A DNA stretch of 63,994 nucleotides, counting the filler, from Dirinaria sp. TL-2023a (Eukaryota): the NCBI GenBank assembly GCA_051941275.1. It is 4 parts of 4 records of this genome, joined end to end, with 100 filler letters (N's around TTAATTAATTAA, not from the genome) between each part and the next. Parts side by side here need not be neighbours in the genome. Positions count along the whole stretch, not along the records: positions 48,466 to 63,994 come from JAVEBF010000541.1; 3 more parts are not named here. One strand, 5' to 3'. A program made the translations under genes and the position numbers. This document shows positions 48,466 through 61,269 of the stretch, in pieces; the stretch's first letter is position 1; each line of letters starts with the position of its first letter. The notes under the pieces are model-generated. The model was not told where the DNA came from. It worked only from the letters and a program-made list of their open reading frames with translations, and did not search any database.

Positions 48466-51400
48466 AGAAATCAGTTTTGACCATATATCCATTCAATAGC
48501 CATGGTACAGACCTCATAAACACTCGCTCTAGGATAGTGCCCACTTACAGTGATCCTAAGCTCTGGAACCGGAGATCTCCGTATTGACCTTAAAGTCCAT
48601 GTCTCACTTGTTAGACATGTTTTCTTCAAATTCATTTGCTCTTTAGTCTGTCTGTGTGAAAACTTTCACTAGCTCAGGTTTCTTTGAGGGAGTAGACATC
48701 TGTTCGCATTTCGACCTTCAGCTCAGAGACTACTCGATTTTCGATTGTGTGCTGCAGATAATGATTGATTTGAGTCACTTTATTGCTGATAGTTCTGACG
48801 GAGTGTTCAAAGAATAAACGATTGTCGATGACAGTCTAAAAAGTGTTTGTCTCAAGGAGGGTGTTACTTTGTCTCTCTTGCAGAACAGTGCAGTCTGGAC
48901 TTCTTAAAGATGTTTTTAATTTTTCGACTTCGACTGAAATAGATTTCAATGTCTTCGAATGTGACATATTTTATACGAGTTAACGAGTTTTCCCATGAGT
49001 ACGTGATAAATATGTACAAACATGTACAGAATCGTCGATCTTGGTTTTACACTGAAGACTCGATTGCATATCATAAAAAAAACAATAAACGAACTAAGTT
49101 CCCAAACTTGATTACAAATTTGATTAGACTCTTATACGTTTTTTTACTCTCTGGAAAATCCACGATTTATTTTATTAGCTTCATCGTATTGAAACATTTT
49201 TGCAGATAGTTTCAAATGTCTTTTCGAGATTCGATACGAGTGTTTTTCCCTCTGTTTATATCGTCTTGTTAAAAGTTGTACGAAACTGTGTCATGTTGAA
49301 ACCTCTAGCGATTTCATCCATCAGATAAATTTGTATCATAACTGCGATGATACGTTCCATAGCAACATAAGCACTCAGCTTAATTTGAAAACTTTTGAAT
49401 TAGTAGCTTCATGGAGTTTACGAAATTCATTATTATGTCATATGAGATTTTTCAGAATCGAGAAATCATTGTGATACGCAGTGTCAGATAATATTATTAA
49501 ACTTATGACGAGAAATCAACGTAGTGCTGCGATTGCGAATAATTGTCATATCGAGAAGCAAGAGTGGAGATAGAAGGGAAAACTGATGTTATATAGATGA
49601 TAAGTTGATGCTGCTGAAAGAATTTATGCTAAATAATTGACGGTTGCTGCGTTGCGATGTGTTATTTTTTCAGCTGAGAGTAGTTCGAGAAACTGAGTAG
49701 AGAGCTTCTTGGATGCGAGAGAAAGAATGTCATAGTAATGAAGAAATCCTTCTTTTTTACTCAAACTGTCTCTTAAATAATCTGGTAATCCATGAAAATC
49801 CCACCCTGCAATTGAGGATGGTGCAGCTGAAAAAGCATATGTCATTCCTATCAATTTTCAGAAAAACGGTATTTCATGATCTAGAGTATCCGACCCTCTC
49901 TCGCTCACGATGGAACTTGGTACCTCGAATTTTAGAAATAGTCGCGACTGTTTCCCATATGTGAGGCACGCACCGACCTACAACGCAGTCTATCAAGCTC
50001 GATTTTGCTCTTGCGCTCTTTTAATTGTTGGCTCGTCCCTGTTCTCTGTCAGTTTCTGTAGAGAAGTTGAAGCCAGAATCTGTCGAATTGATTCAATATA
50101 ACTCTTTCTATCAGGACTCTTAAGCGCGGCGTTAGTCTTTCAGTTGGTCGTATTTTTAACCGAGATTTAGCAATCTCAGGCCATTGGAAACTCTCGCTCT
50201 TGAGTTTCAATCCTCTTTGACTCTCGCTACCATAATCTTCCCAAAAACCCGTCCTGCGAATGCTGCGAAAAAGACAAGAAAAAGAGTTCTACGCTCTTCC
50301 TTACTTCAGAATCCTCATCGGATGATCATTATCAATCAAAGTCAGTCGCCGAAGCGATGCTGATAGGCCTTAGGGCACGGGGGCTTTGTAGTATAGAAAG
50401 CGAAGTAACCGTGCTATCGATCTGTGGTCATCTTCAAAGCCGATGATTGTGTTATGATATATCACCTCAGGAACGGATGCAGCTTAATCTGGAATGCGAA
50501 GTACCTCAAGGTTTGAGAGCTGCAAACTCGGTTCAGCTAAGGAATGAAGTAGTTCTTATAGAAAAGAGTAATGCCAGACATCTTGCAAAATGAAAGGCTT
50601 GTAGTTGCTGAGTTCAATTTTGGGATCGGTGTATTTAATCTCGTTGGGAAACAATGAAACTGAATGATATTTCGTAATAAAATATTGGGTATTAGAAATG
50701 TGTTAGGACGTGCCTTAGAGACTTATAACTGAGTGCTTGCCGATTGCATCGCTCTGATAATCCTCGACCGGCGTAGGTGTTAATATTTGCAATTCCTTGC
50801 GCCTGTTCGGTTTCTGTCTTGTAATAGTCAACCATGAGGTTAAGTGTCAGATCCATTGCCATTTTTGTTAGTCGAGGGAGGCTCGATCTACGATCTCTTG
50901 AGTTTTCGGGCCTGAATATTAAGTGCTTGTTGATGCTCTTGAGCATTCTGGCTATGCATCTTAGTCAGTGGCAATCACCATGCTGGCGAGCTCACTCTTT
51001 TTTATTTGATACCCACGAGCCAGAATCTTCATCCACTGGGAATTTATCGCTCAGTCCAATCACCTCTATTTCTAATCAGAATCAATTAATTTCAGACCTC
51101 CGTCATGTTCTTCATCAACGGGTCAATCCTTTGATTCTGATCCAATGATGTGGTTCTTAAGGTTCTTCTGTCTGAGCCACGGCAAATTTCGCTTTCCCAA
51201 GTAGCTTTGGAGCAGGCGTAAGTATTCGCATTTCCGCTCATCAGGTGAGCTAGCTCGTGATCCTGATCTCTCATATGCTTTAATGTTGTGAAAGCGGTTG
51301 AATAGACATCCGAATAAGGCCTACCTTGTAGGTACATTAGGGCTTGGTGTTGAGCTAAATTAAAAAAAACCATCGAAGTCAATATCGAGAGAAGGGAAAA
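48466..51400 (-). pseudogene. AT-rich decayed coding region (pseudogene or repeat remnant), family not recognised
   Basis: Protein-like minus-strand frames broken by stops compatible with TGG>TGA and CAA>TAA, e.g. ...YSLKET*ASESFHTDRLKSK*I*RKHV*QVRHGL*GQYGDLRF... Confidence 0.6.
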
Positions 51401-52021
51401 GCGCTCAAATCATGCCATAGCGTATTGCACCACGGCTTGAGGCTTGGGTCAAGGAGACTCAATGGAGACAAATAATTGTCAAGTTAATAGAGCTGGAAAA
51501 GAATAGAAGTGCGCATGATAGCTGGTGTATGTCGATATATAGAAAGTGAAGAGAGTGTTCTATCAAAAAAGAGAAGAATGCAGGGACAGAATATATACGC
51601 AACTAAAGAAAGAAGACATAGGATTCTGCGGCCAAAAAGGTATGTTAAATACTAGGACCTGCAACCAAAGGACTGGACACGTAGATTGAGTGGAGTAGCA
51701 ATGAAGGAAAGACTAAAAAGTCACTCCGCTCAACATTCTCAGATAGGTGAATTTAGATCAACATAGCACCATTCATGGGATATACAGCATTCTAAACCTG
51801 CAGAGATCAGTATCGCGCTGGCTACGAAACCTTCTATGGCGGAGTCCTGGCGCATGTGAAGTATGCCAGCTGCAATCAAGTACAAAGCAAGAGTAGAAGA
51901 GGGAGGCCGCTCACTGTGAAAATCCTTTGCGCCCATCAACATTGAGGTTGGGTGTCACTCATCCTCTTGGCTCCTTATTTCCTCGGTTGTTTATACGCTC
52001 GAGCCGAACGACTTCGACTTC

Positions 52022-53197
52022 TTACTGCTTTGGTGGTAGCAGCATCACATACTCCCTGGCACTGTCCCCAAATCCTAGAACATCTTTGTTTCTCAACTCA
52101 ACATACCGCCTGCTCTCTACCCTCTCACCATTTACTTTGGTCCCATTCGCGCTGTCTAAATCTATCAAATAAGGTTTCACTCCCCCTTTCCGTTCCCCCC
52201 ACTCATCTCTTTTCTCCGTATACCGGAATTGTATCACGGCATGCTGCTTGCTAGCGCTTGGATGCTCGACCGGTACGTCAACAACAGCTCTTTCACGGCC
52301 AAAAAGCCAGCAGGAGCGAGTATAAAGTTCAAGGTTTTCGAGGAGAGAGTCAGCTTTGAAGATGTAGAGGCGCCAAGGGGCGGACGGCGGTGGCAGACGG
52401 GCTTCGGGTGGTTCGTGATATTTAAGGACGATGGAGGTATTGGCTACTGTATTGGTTTCAGCAGCGAGGAGGCCAGTAGGGGCGTAATTTGGTTTCTGTT
52501 TCTCTACTTCCGGTGGGGCGTTGGGCTTGATCACGGTGGTGTCAGAGTTGAAAGCGGCCTGCTGGGAGGGAAGAGGGACTTTGGAGCGTTTGCTATGTGG
52601 TGAAGGGCTCCCGCGGCGGGTTCGACGATCTCGAGGGGGATCAGCAGGACTTCTGCGTCGCTTGTACTGTTTATGCCTATCTTCGGAATCTTCTCGTCGA
52701 TGTTCGGGGGAGAGAGAAGCGCCGTACCGCCGTCCTGCGCGCCTGTGATTGCCCTCAGACCGCGACGGAGATCTTGATCGGCTGGCAAGCCGGCGCGGCT
52801 TCTGGCGGTCGCTCACAGCCCTGTGGTACGGTGATGTTGATCTGCTACTGCGTTGTCTTGATCGTGCGTAGTCCTCTGATCTGTCAGGCCTTCGGTGATG
52901 GAACGATGGAGAGATTGATGGCCGTCGCCGTCTTTTCGTATCGTTCTTTTCGTATTCATCGTGCCCATATCTCCTAGAGGCTCTGTACGGGCTTCGGGAC
53001 CGGACTCTCATTCCATCGTTTCTGGTATGTCCATCTCCCGTGCTCTTGCGGACTTCATATCGGGAATCCCTTCTTTCTCGATCGCTGGTGCGTTCATGCC
53101 GTCGCCCATCGTATCCTTCAGACCCACTCCTCGAAGGAGACTCGTCCAGACCAACGTCCCTCCCTCTGCTGTTGTTGTATGAGCCTCTTGCTGCCAT
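52022..53197 (-). CDS. PML1: FHA-domain RES-complex splicing factor, SNIP1/Pml1-like
   Basis: RS-rich N-terminus; KPNYAPTGLLAAETN...LKYHEPPEARLP...WRLYIFK; FHA domain FGRE...HPSASKQHAVIQFR...PYLIDLDSANGT. Confidence 0.92.
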   Translation of the reverse strand: MAARGSYNNSRGRDVGLDESPSRSGSEGYDGRRHERTSDRERRDSRYEVRKSTGDGHTRNDGMRVRSRSPYRASRRYGHDEYEKNDTKRRRRPSISPSFHHRRPDRSEDYARSRQRSSRSTSPYHRAVSDRQKPRRLASRSRSPSRSEGNHRRAGRRYGASLSPEHRREDSEDRHKQYKRRRSPADPPRDRRTRRGSPSPHSKRSKVPLPSQQAAFNSDTTVIKPNAPPEVEKQKPNYAPTGLLAAETNTVANTSIVLKYHEPPEARLPPPSAPWRLYIFKADSLLENLELYTRSCWLFGRERAVVDVPVEHPSASKQHAVIQFRYTEKRDEWGERKGGVKPYLIDLDSANGTKVNGERVESRRYVELRNKDVLGFGDSAREYVMLLPPKQ

Positions 53198-54082
53198 TCT
53201 TTAAAGACGTATGTAGAAGGACGACAATGGCTGGTCTTTAGGCGCTCGCGAATTGGGAAGGGGAAATCGGGCCGGCGGCTCGGCGTCTGTTTGGCCATAG
53301 CCCTGGTCTGAGTATGTCACATCTTCATCCACTAAGGTACTCTATTATTAACTGAATCATTATATTGCGTGCCCAATGGCTGCATATACTCATATTACCA
53401 GGTCGGTTCAGTGCTGTATCAAGCGGATGCGGAGAACCGCTAGCATCGAGTAAAAGCATTGAAAACGTCTATTCCCTCCTCTGCCCAGACTCATTTATCA
53501 AAGCAAAGAAACAGCCATGAGGCTCTTTCTATTTGTTCTCGCCATTCTTTTGAACCTTTCTCTGTGAGGCTCATCAGGAAGCGGCAAAGTATTGAGTTCT
53601 GTTTACTTCCGCTTCTAAGGAAAGCATCAAAGACGGCGACCTGAACACTACGGTACCATGTTTTGTTGTAACAGTGCGCTTCCTTTAAAGCTTTCGTATG
53701 CATATATCCATGTCGGTGTGTGTTTGCATCTCACAGGATCGTGCTTCTTGATGTGAGGCGTGGCCAGCCTCGCTCTTTCCACTGTAATCGGGTTATGGTT
53801 CGAGTATACTGCTCGAGCAGAGTAATGTTCGTGGATGCGCAGTGCCCTGCCTAGCTCTCCTTTCATTTGGATGACTACGCGCCGCAACTCCTCGTTGTCC
53901 CTCTGATTATCACGGCACAAGCTCGGCTACCGCATCATGGCCTCTTAAAGTTCATCCACCAGTTCATCCTGCTCAGGCTACTCATCTGTCGCAATCTCAT
54001 TCGCCTTGTTCACTGCATCGAGAATGAGCAGCCGGTCGGCGTACACTAACCGACGCAAGATATCCCATTCCAATGACCTTCG

Positions 54083-57033
54083 CTACTCTGTCCTGAAGAG
54101 CGCTATCGTATCGGGGAATACATTCAGATTATCCCGATACTTGGCAATACTAACGCCATCCCTATCAATCATACTGGACGCTCCGATCGTGTTCAGGTTG
54201 TACACATTGATATTCTCGCTTCGGGGCCCTTCAATGCTGAAAATGGTTTTCTGACAGCTCTCGTGTCCAGGTTGTGAACAAGCTGTTCGGTTCATAGTCA
54301 GCTCGCTATTTATTTCCTGTGCACGAACGAATTGCCCCGGATTTCACTTTTGAGCTTGGCAAAAAAAGAGAGCGCCAGGATACGACGTGACTTACAGACG
54401 TTGTAATCGTCATAGAAACTATACAAGCCAGCTCCATACAGCCCCAGATCCTGCGAGTCTTTGACCCTCAGCCCCAGCCCATCGCAGTGCTCTCCCTTCG
54501 TCTTGCAGATCTCACTGGCGATGGGATCGTTCCACCTGTTGCTTGCTGAAAAGGGTTTGCGGATGTCAGGATGAGGTTGGTAATAGGCGCTTTCGGTCTG
54601 CAATTGCGAAGCGAAAAGGGATTGCGTGGAGGCGAATTGGAACTGGTAGAGGGAGTGGTGCTCTGCTGCAGTTGCTACACTGTATGAAAGCAAGGCTAGT
54701 TAGCTTTTGGACGGCCAGTGACTGAGTAGACACCGTTATTTGAAAGAGGGAGTGGGAGGGGACCTACAGCCAGATATTGCCCCTTGTGCTTTCGATGAAG
54801 AGGCCTCGGCCAGTGTATATAGTTATATTACTGTTTTTTCTCGTGGAGTCCATGTCGTGGTCTGCAGTCCATAGCCATACATTCTCCATGTAGAGACCCT
54901 GCGCTGAGGGTCTGATGTGCATAGACATGAAGGCCGCGATGCAGGCTTTGTCGATATGGACGGGGCCCGCTGCTGTATAATTACCTATGAAATTCCTGTG
55001 GAGCGCGCCCGTAGCATGACTTGGACTTCCTGTCCCTGCCACTGTGCTATTGCCGTAATGAGCTGTGGATGTCCTGGAGCCTCCTCCGCTAGTGCTGTTT
55101 CCGGACAGAGCAAAATCAGGAGGACACTGTTCAAATTGCAGATGCGAACCCTTGAAACCGCCAATCCGCGTATGGACGTCCCACATGCCTGACGGAGTGC
55201 TGGCAGCAGACAAGTTCCATTCGATGAGGATTGCCCCGGCTTGATGCCCTTGCGTGGAGACAATCATATCAGACCATTCCACGCATCCCTTTTCGCCTGC
55301 ATCGCCAATACGGACGACAGCTTTTGGAGCGTTCATGTTGGCAAAGTACGGCCCGCTGGACATGATGATCGGATAACTTTCGCCCACGATTCTCGATTCG
55401 GCGGGAATATGAATTGTTCGGGTGGTGCGGTAAATACCCGCATCGACAAAAAGAACCTTGCCGGCTGACACAGCCGCATTGATTGCCTGCTGAAGTGGTG
55501 CAGTATCGTCAGACATGGCGTCGCCTTTTGCGCCGTGGCTTCGCGCGCTCACGAAATGAGAGGTTGGAATGTCGGCATAAGACGGTTTCGTTCGTTCATA
55601 ATATTTTTGGCCTTGTAAAAGACCGCTTGGCCTCGGAAATGGAGCGAAATCGCCTTGAAATGTGGTGTGACCTGCGGTATTGTACTTGTGGCCTTGGCCC
55701 CAGGCTGCGATCGTGATTGAGCCAGATGTACCAGCCAGTGCTGTAGCATTGCCGGCACCTTGTACGGCTATGCCTACGTTTTTCAAACTAACATTCTCGA
55801 GAATCAAGCTACCATTGGACATGGATGAACTATTGCGCCTGTAAGAGGTCAAGATGCCGATAGGTGTATTTTCAATGATGCTGTCAATCAAGGTCACGGA
55901 ACCAACGGCCTGAGCCTTGGGGCCGCCCGAGGTCATGTTCAGACCAATTTTACAGTGGCTGATGGTGATGGATTTGTACGTCCAACCTGTTTCGCATTAG
56001 CAATTTGATGATCTCATTAAACCGGATGTTCAGTAATTGTGATTGATACAATCAAATATCAAATTGACAGAAAGAGAGAGGAAATGATAGTGGCCGCTCA
56101 CCCCAGTCCCACAACTGATTGATGGCCTGCTGGCAGTTGTGGAATGACAGATTTCGAGAAGTAAATTGTTGATTTCCAAATCCGGCGCCTATGAGCCCCC
56201 CGTAGAAGACAAGGTCTGCCATGAATCCTCCAGATCCTGTGCGTTTCCGGTCAGCATTCTCACGGCAGAGGAGATATTGCAATGGTTATTCACCTGACTC
56301 AATCAAGATTCCTTGATGCTGGGTCCCACTAGCTTCGCTCATTCGAAATACCAAATTTTGTAAACTTGTAGCCTGCGAGGTCGGCCAATGGAGTCCGTTG
56401 ACACTGACATTCGGCCGAACGCTGGTAGTGTCAAGAACAAGATTTCGTACCTGCCTATAGAACACGTTCGTCGAGTTGAACTCCAGTGCTCCTGTATTGT
56501 CGAACTTATCCCCATCGATCAGAGCAATGCCCGAAAAATTCGAGGTAGCTTTTATCACAGGGAGGCTGTTTGGATTTCCTATGATCTGCGTGTAGTAAAA
56601 ATCGACGATGGGTGCGGATACACGATATGTACCTGCAGGAAAATATACGATGGCGGGACTGATAGTGGAGGATTGGCATACGCCAGGTCTACATCGATTT
56701 CCAGTACTGATGGCTCGATTGATCGCTGCAGTATCGTCACTGAGCCCATCCCCTTCAATCTGTCAGTATAAATCTGTAGTTGCAGATAGATTTCCTCCTA
56801 CCTCTAGCCCCAAAGTCTTTGACGTTTCGGAAGACCAGGTAAGCAGAGTTCGTCTGAAATGGGGAGACACCTTGATGCTTGATGTCCTCAAGCCAATAAG
56901 GTGAGTTGGTTGTTGTTTCATTGCTTGGAGCTAATTTTGAGTTTCTGAGAGGAGCTGAGCCATTATAATGAGCGTCAACTAGACAGATGAAGATGGAGAA
57001 AACCGAGCACAACTTTTCTAGACTCAGCAGCAT
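54083..57033 (-). CDS. Secreted GH55 exo-beta-1,3-glucanase; about 7 exons
   Basis: Signal peptide; YWLEDIKHQG...VFRNVKDFGARGDG..DDTAAIN; HWPTSQATSLQN; second repeat GAKGDAMSDDT; MWDVHTRIGG; YMENVWLWTADHD; AEHHSLYQ; QTESAYYQP. Confidence 0.95.
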
Positions 57034-58386
57034 TCTGCTCTCCACTAGTTAAATGAATGAGGAAGGGAAAAAGAGCGTTTACTAAAATTCCTCACTAAGA
57101 GAGTAGAGAAGCAAACGAGAAAGAGCGTATATTGAAGTTCTTTACCAAATAGTTGAATGAAGAAGCAGGAAGAAGGGTAGGTTCAGGATTTAAGAAAGAA
57201 ACGAGAGCGAAAAATAAGGAGAGTATACTGTCACGACACAAGGAGAGAATGACAGACGGCTGAGTAGAATAATCCAGAATTGGGCCTGTACAATAATGTA
57301 CACGGTTCGTACCTACTTTTAGGCCCACACTTGTGACGTTCGGCATGACAAGGCACGGGCGCTATACGTTAGTGAGTACAGCATAGGTATCTGGATGGAA
57401 ACAGTAAGGCTCTTTTCAGTAGTGTTCACTGTTGCAGGAGGTTTTCCAGCCGGCCGGCCAATGTGGAGGCTTGCTGTTTGTGGAAAGCCTCTCTTGCGAC
57501 CCGCGCATGTTTCACGCCATACTGCAAGTTTCGATGGCGGCGGGCTCATGTAAAGAATTATAAGGGACCTCTCCTTCTTCACATCGCGGTGAGACCTTCG
57601 CATCCTATTCAAGGTCTCTAGATATAATGGAAATCCATAACCAACGCAGATTAAGCCAGATGATACATGTCTGTCCGGCGCGTGTAGCGGTCGTCTATGA
57701 GGAGGATGTCAACTTCATTGTTGCTGCAAAATAGAGCGGCAAATCCAATTATTCCGAGCTCGTTGAAGAGTGGACTAATGTTTCTGACTCTTCAAAGAGC
57801 ATGTCAATTGTCAAGTACCACTGGATTATTGATTGGTATCTGTTGGAAATTATCGCTCCATTCACCTAACCTATTTAGTACTAAGTAGTCAGATACTACC
57901 TATTGGCGACCCGTTTTTAGGGGTCATATATATGTAATTAAGGGGGTCACTATTAATGATAATGGGCCACAGAAATCATTATGGCGTTCAATGATTTCCA
58001 ACACTAATACTATCCTACTACTAATACTATCTTTGAGGAATCCGGTTGTCTTGGTGTTGGCCCGCACAGGGAAACAGGCTGTATCCTTAGGACCGGTCCT
58101 CCAGTAAATGTTATCGTGTTGCAGCCCAAGCCTTTCAAAGGCGTACCCCTACTTGAAAAATTGAAACTTTTAGTCTCCCTGAGACAATGTATAGCGCAAT
58201 CTAGGAGAGCCACAGACTGCGAGCTGATGTAATACGGGCACCGACTTGCTCCAATGGTGAAGAGAGGTCAAAGCGATGTATCACGATGAGCCTCAAGAAA
58301 TACCATGGATTATATGCTTTTCAGGGTTTCAAGTGGTTACAGGTTAATTCTCTTCCCATTCACTACATCATAGCTGTATACGGACT

Positions 58387-59238
58387 TTACATGCATAGAC
58401 TCGTGCTCCTCACATCTCCATAATCATCTGTTGACTCCATATCTTCCATATTCCAAGACGACTCCTCTTCCACCGCCTCCACGAGCTCCCATTCATCTTC
58501 GCTCAAGCGCTCGCTCGCTAAGAAGGTTGTATCACCAGTGCTAGCTTTGGTAACGGCACTTTGTGCGGCTTTGGATGGCTTTGGGCGCTGCTGTTCTCTT
58601 GTATGTTGTTTCTCCACCCAGGCCGCTTTCCCCAGCATGTCAACTGGCTTCTTTCCAGTCGTCGAACGCAGGACCGTACTCTCCTTCGGGACACATTTTT
58701 CGCGCTTTTTTTGCGCATCTTGTCTGTGCTGCATCCTTTTCTTCTCGGCCTCGTGGCTTAGCACTTCCTGAATTTCAGCCTCAAGGTCTCTCTTTAGCGT
58801 GAAGATAGCTTTCCGCAGCTGATAATGCGGATGGTCGGGGTCCTCTGGAATATCGAAAAGATCACCTAGGGAATGTACACCATAGTGAAATCGCATCCGT
58901 GACTCGACACTCACGTTGATGCGAAGCGCAAGGTCTTTATCTGGTTGCCACAAGGTGACAATTTGCTCATAGAAATGCCTGCCTTGATAGAAGGAGGTAG
59001 AAGTAAGCGCGATAGGAAAAAATCTGAGAGCGATGTAGTCTTCTATCGCGTTGGTGGAAGACAAGTCCTTGCAGCGTGGTAATGTGATCACCGTGTCGTT
59101 CTCACACAGAGCTTGTCGGCGCTGTTCTGGCTGGTAGCGCTTTTGGCTTTCATATTGTTTGGAAATCTGTTCTCGGACTGTACGGAAGACGCAACGGTCA
59201 TTAATCGCTTTTGGTCTTCCGTCAGCGTGGGTTGCCAT
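58387..59238 (-). CDS. Hypothetical protein (283 aa from first ATG), no recognised family
   Basis: Uninterrupted ORF with a globular-looking N-terminal half, coiled coil and acidic tail. Confidence 0.6.
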   Translation of the reverse strand: MATHADGRPKAINDRCVFRTVREQISKQYESQKRYQPEQRRQALCENDTVITLPRCKDLSSTNAIEDYIALRFFPIALTSTSFYQGRHFYEQIVTLWQPDKDLALRINVSVESRMRFHYGVHSLGDLFDIPEDPDHPHYQLRKAIFTLKRDLEAEIQEVLSHEAEKKRMQHRQDAQKKREKCVPKESTVLRSTTGKKPVDMLGKAAWVEKQHTREQQRPKPSKAAQSAVTKASTGDTTFLASERLSEDEWELVEAVEEESSWNMEDMESTDDYGDVRSTSLCM

Positions 59239-59705
59239 GGATAAAACGGGCGTTGGAAAAAAGCTTGGAACTGTAGGTCGACGACTTGAAGGGGTGGTAT
59301 TGTAGTAGGTTAACCTCAAGCCAGCTGTCGCTCGGTAATGCGTGATGAGTGTGATGATCAATCCTCGATCAGCAGTACAGTTGCAGTTAATCGGAGGCTG
59401 GCGAGAAGGTTTGTCGTTTTAAGTACAGCGAGAACTGTGAGAAGTGATAGGGGAACACCTCCAACGGAAAAAAACCGTGTTTAAATATGACAAGACATTC
59501 GTATGACTAACCGGATATCAACACCAGTGATGACCTGTGAGTGGTGATACAAGTGCTGACGCATATATCCAGAGGAAGATCATCACATCCGTGACAAAGC
59601 TTGGAGACTCGGCCCAAAACGACAACACGAGATGTAAGGTGGCAGACCTGGTTTTTTATGTAGTATATGAGAGATTTCTGAATGCGGATTTGGCGGGCCT
59701 GAAGA

Positions 59706-60842
59706 CTACCACTTTTTCGGTGCGCTGACTACACTCCTCGAGAAGACGGCGCTGGCGCTTTGGTTATTCCTATCTCGCTGCTTGGCGAGAATACCGGTCC
59801 GGTCCGTTACTGGAGTAGCATCAATGATGTTATCGAAGGCGTCATTGTCGCCAATGTCTGATCCCGACTCTGAATCCGAATCTTCTAGGGCTCGTCCTGG
59901 GTTTGGACGCGCAATTGTCTGTGGTTGAGGTTTTCTGTCCGTGGTTTTGGGATTGGAAAAGGGCTTCGAAGCAAGCACTTTTGCCCGCAAAGCTGCCATC
60001 TCCTCCTCTTCATCTGACTCTGAGGACAGCGCTAGCGGATCGTGAGTCACAGGCACACCACCTTCATGTTCCACGGCACTACTTGCTTCCGACCCCGAGC
60101 TTCTTCCGTCACTGTCATCACCGGAGTCTATGGCCGGTCTTCTGTTCATGTTTCCACTGCTCCAAGGGTCGTGATCGGCAACAGACGCGTCACCCTCCCG
60201 ATTGTCCTTATACTCCCTCTCGATCTTCGCTAACCAGGTCTCTTCTGCTGTTTTCACCTCGTCCTCGTCTTTACAAGCAGCGTATCGTTTCAGTAGCTGC
60301 CCATTGATCTCAAGGAAAGGCTCGCCGTAGGAGAAATGCTTCAACACCTCGTGAGCCCAGTCCTCATGTCCACAGATGAAAAAGGCGGCTGCAAGGGCCT
60401 CGGCGCAGTTCAGCCTCCACGGTCGGCCATAGTTAGTCGAGTTGGCGGCGACAAGGTAAGGAAGTAATCGCTCGCATTTGCCCCCTATCCTATTCCAAGG
60501 CACCTCCTTTATGCGCACCCATGAGCATTCCACCACAGCGGCGCCATACTGCTCCATCAGTTCCCTGTCGGTGGGCGATATGAGTCGCTTCGCATTGGGC
60601 GATATGACGACACCAGCGAACTTTTGCCCCACCGACAGCTCTCTCATCATCCCAAAGTGCATCAGCCGTTTGCCGGAGCATCTTTTTGGATCGCAGTGCT
60701 CTAGATCCCAGCAAGCGGCTTTGAAAGGCGGTCGTCGGTTGGTGTTTTCAGGATCGGAATCATGGCTAGTGTTGGGGGGATGAGGCCGGTGGAGATGACG
60801 AGGGTTTTTAGTTTTGAAACTGTCTTTCTTATGACGGACCAT
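59706..60842 (-). CDS. TSR3: 18S rRNA aminocarboxypropyltransferase Tsr3
   Basis: ACWDLEHCDPKRCSGKRL; GAAVVECSW; ERLLPYLVAANSTNYGRPWRLNCAEALAA; FSYGEPFLEIN. Confidence 0.97.
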   Translation of the reverse strand: MVRHKKDSFKTKNPRHLHRPHPPNTSHDSDPENTNRRPPFKAACWDLEHCDPKRCSGKRLMHFGMMRELSVGQKFAGVVISPNAKRLISPTDRELMEQYGAAVVECSWVRIKEVPWNRIGGKCERLLPYLVAANSTNYGRPWRLNCAEALAAAFFICGHEDWAHEVLKHFSYGEPFLEINGQLLKRYAACKDEDEVKTAEETWLAKIEREYKDNREGDASVADHDPWSSGNMNRRPAIDSGDDSDGRSSGSEASSAVEHEGGVPVTHDPLALSSESDEEEEMAALRAKVLASKPFSNPKTTDRKPQPQTIARPNPGRALEDSDSESGSDIGDNDAFDNIIDATPVTDRTGILAKQRDRNNQSASAVFSRSVVSAPKKW

Positions 60843-61269
60843 GATTGTTTACAAGAGAGAATGTTTGCTTATGTGAATAGGAGAGCGCAAACTGCAAGCG
60901 CAAATTTTTTTTGTTTGCGGAGACAATTGCCGAGGATGATGAAAATCGAGGGAAACCGATACTTATACGGTAAGGCATCTCGACTTTAATATGAGCACAA
61001 GCAGACAGGAATGACGCACTCTTAAGACTTGGCACTTGGCACTTGGCACTTGCCGGGCCGCAGTCAGGCCGACAAGTCTTGGCGCTGATCGTCCCTCCGA
61101 GGCATCAGCTTGAGATGTCTGAGGAGTGTGGAAGTGAGGGATAACTCTCGACTGCTCATTGTCCACATATTCCAGCTGCAAATCCAAGAATTCGATCAGA
61201 AAGTCTCTTTGGGCAACAATACATCTGCCAGAGCACTGCATCGGCGTTTCTGATCAGCCCATAATCAGT

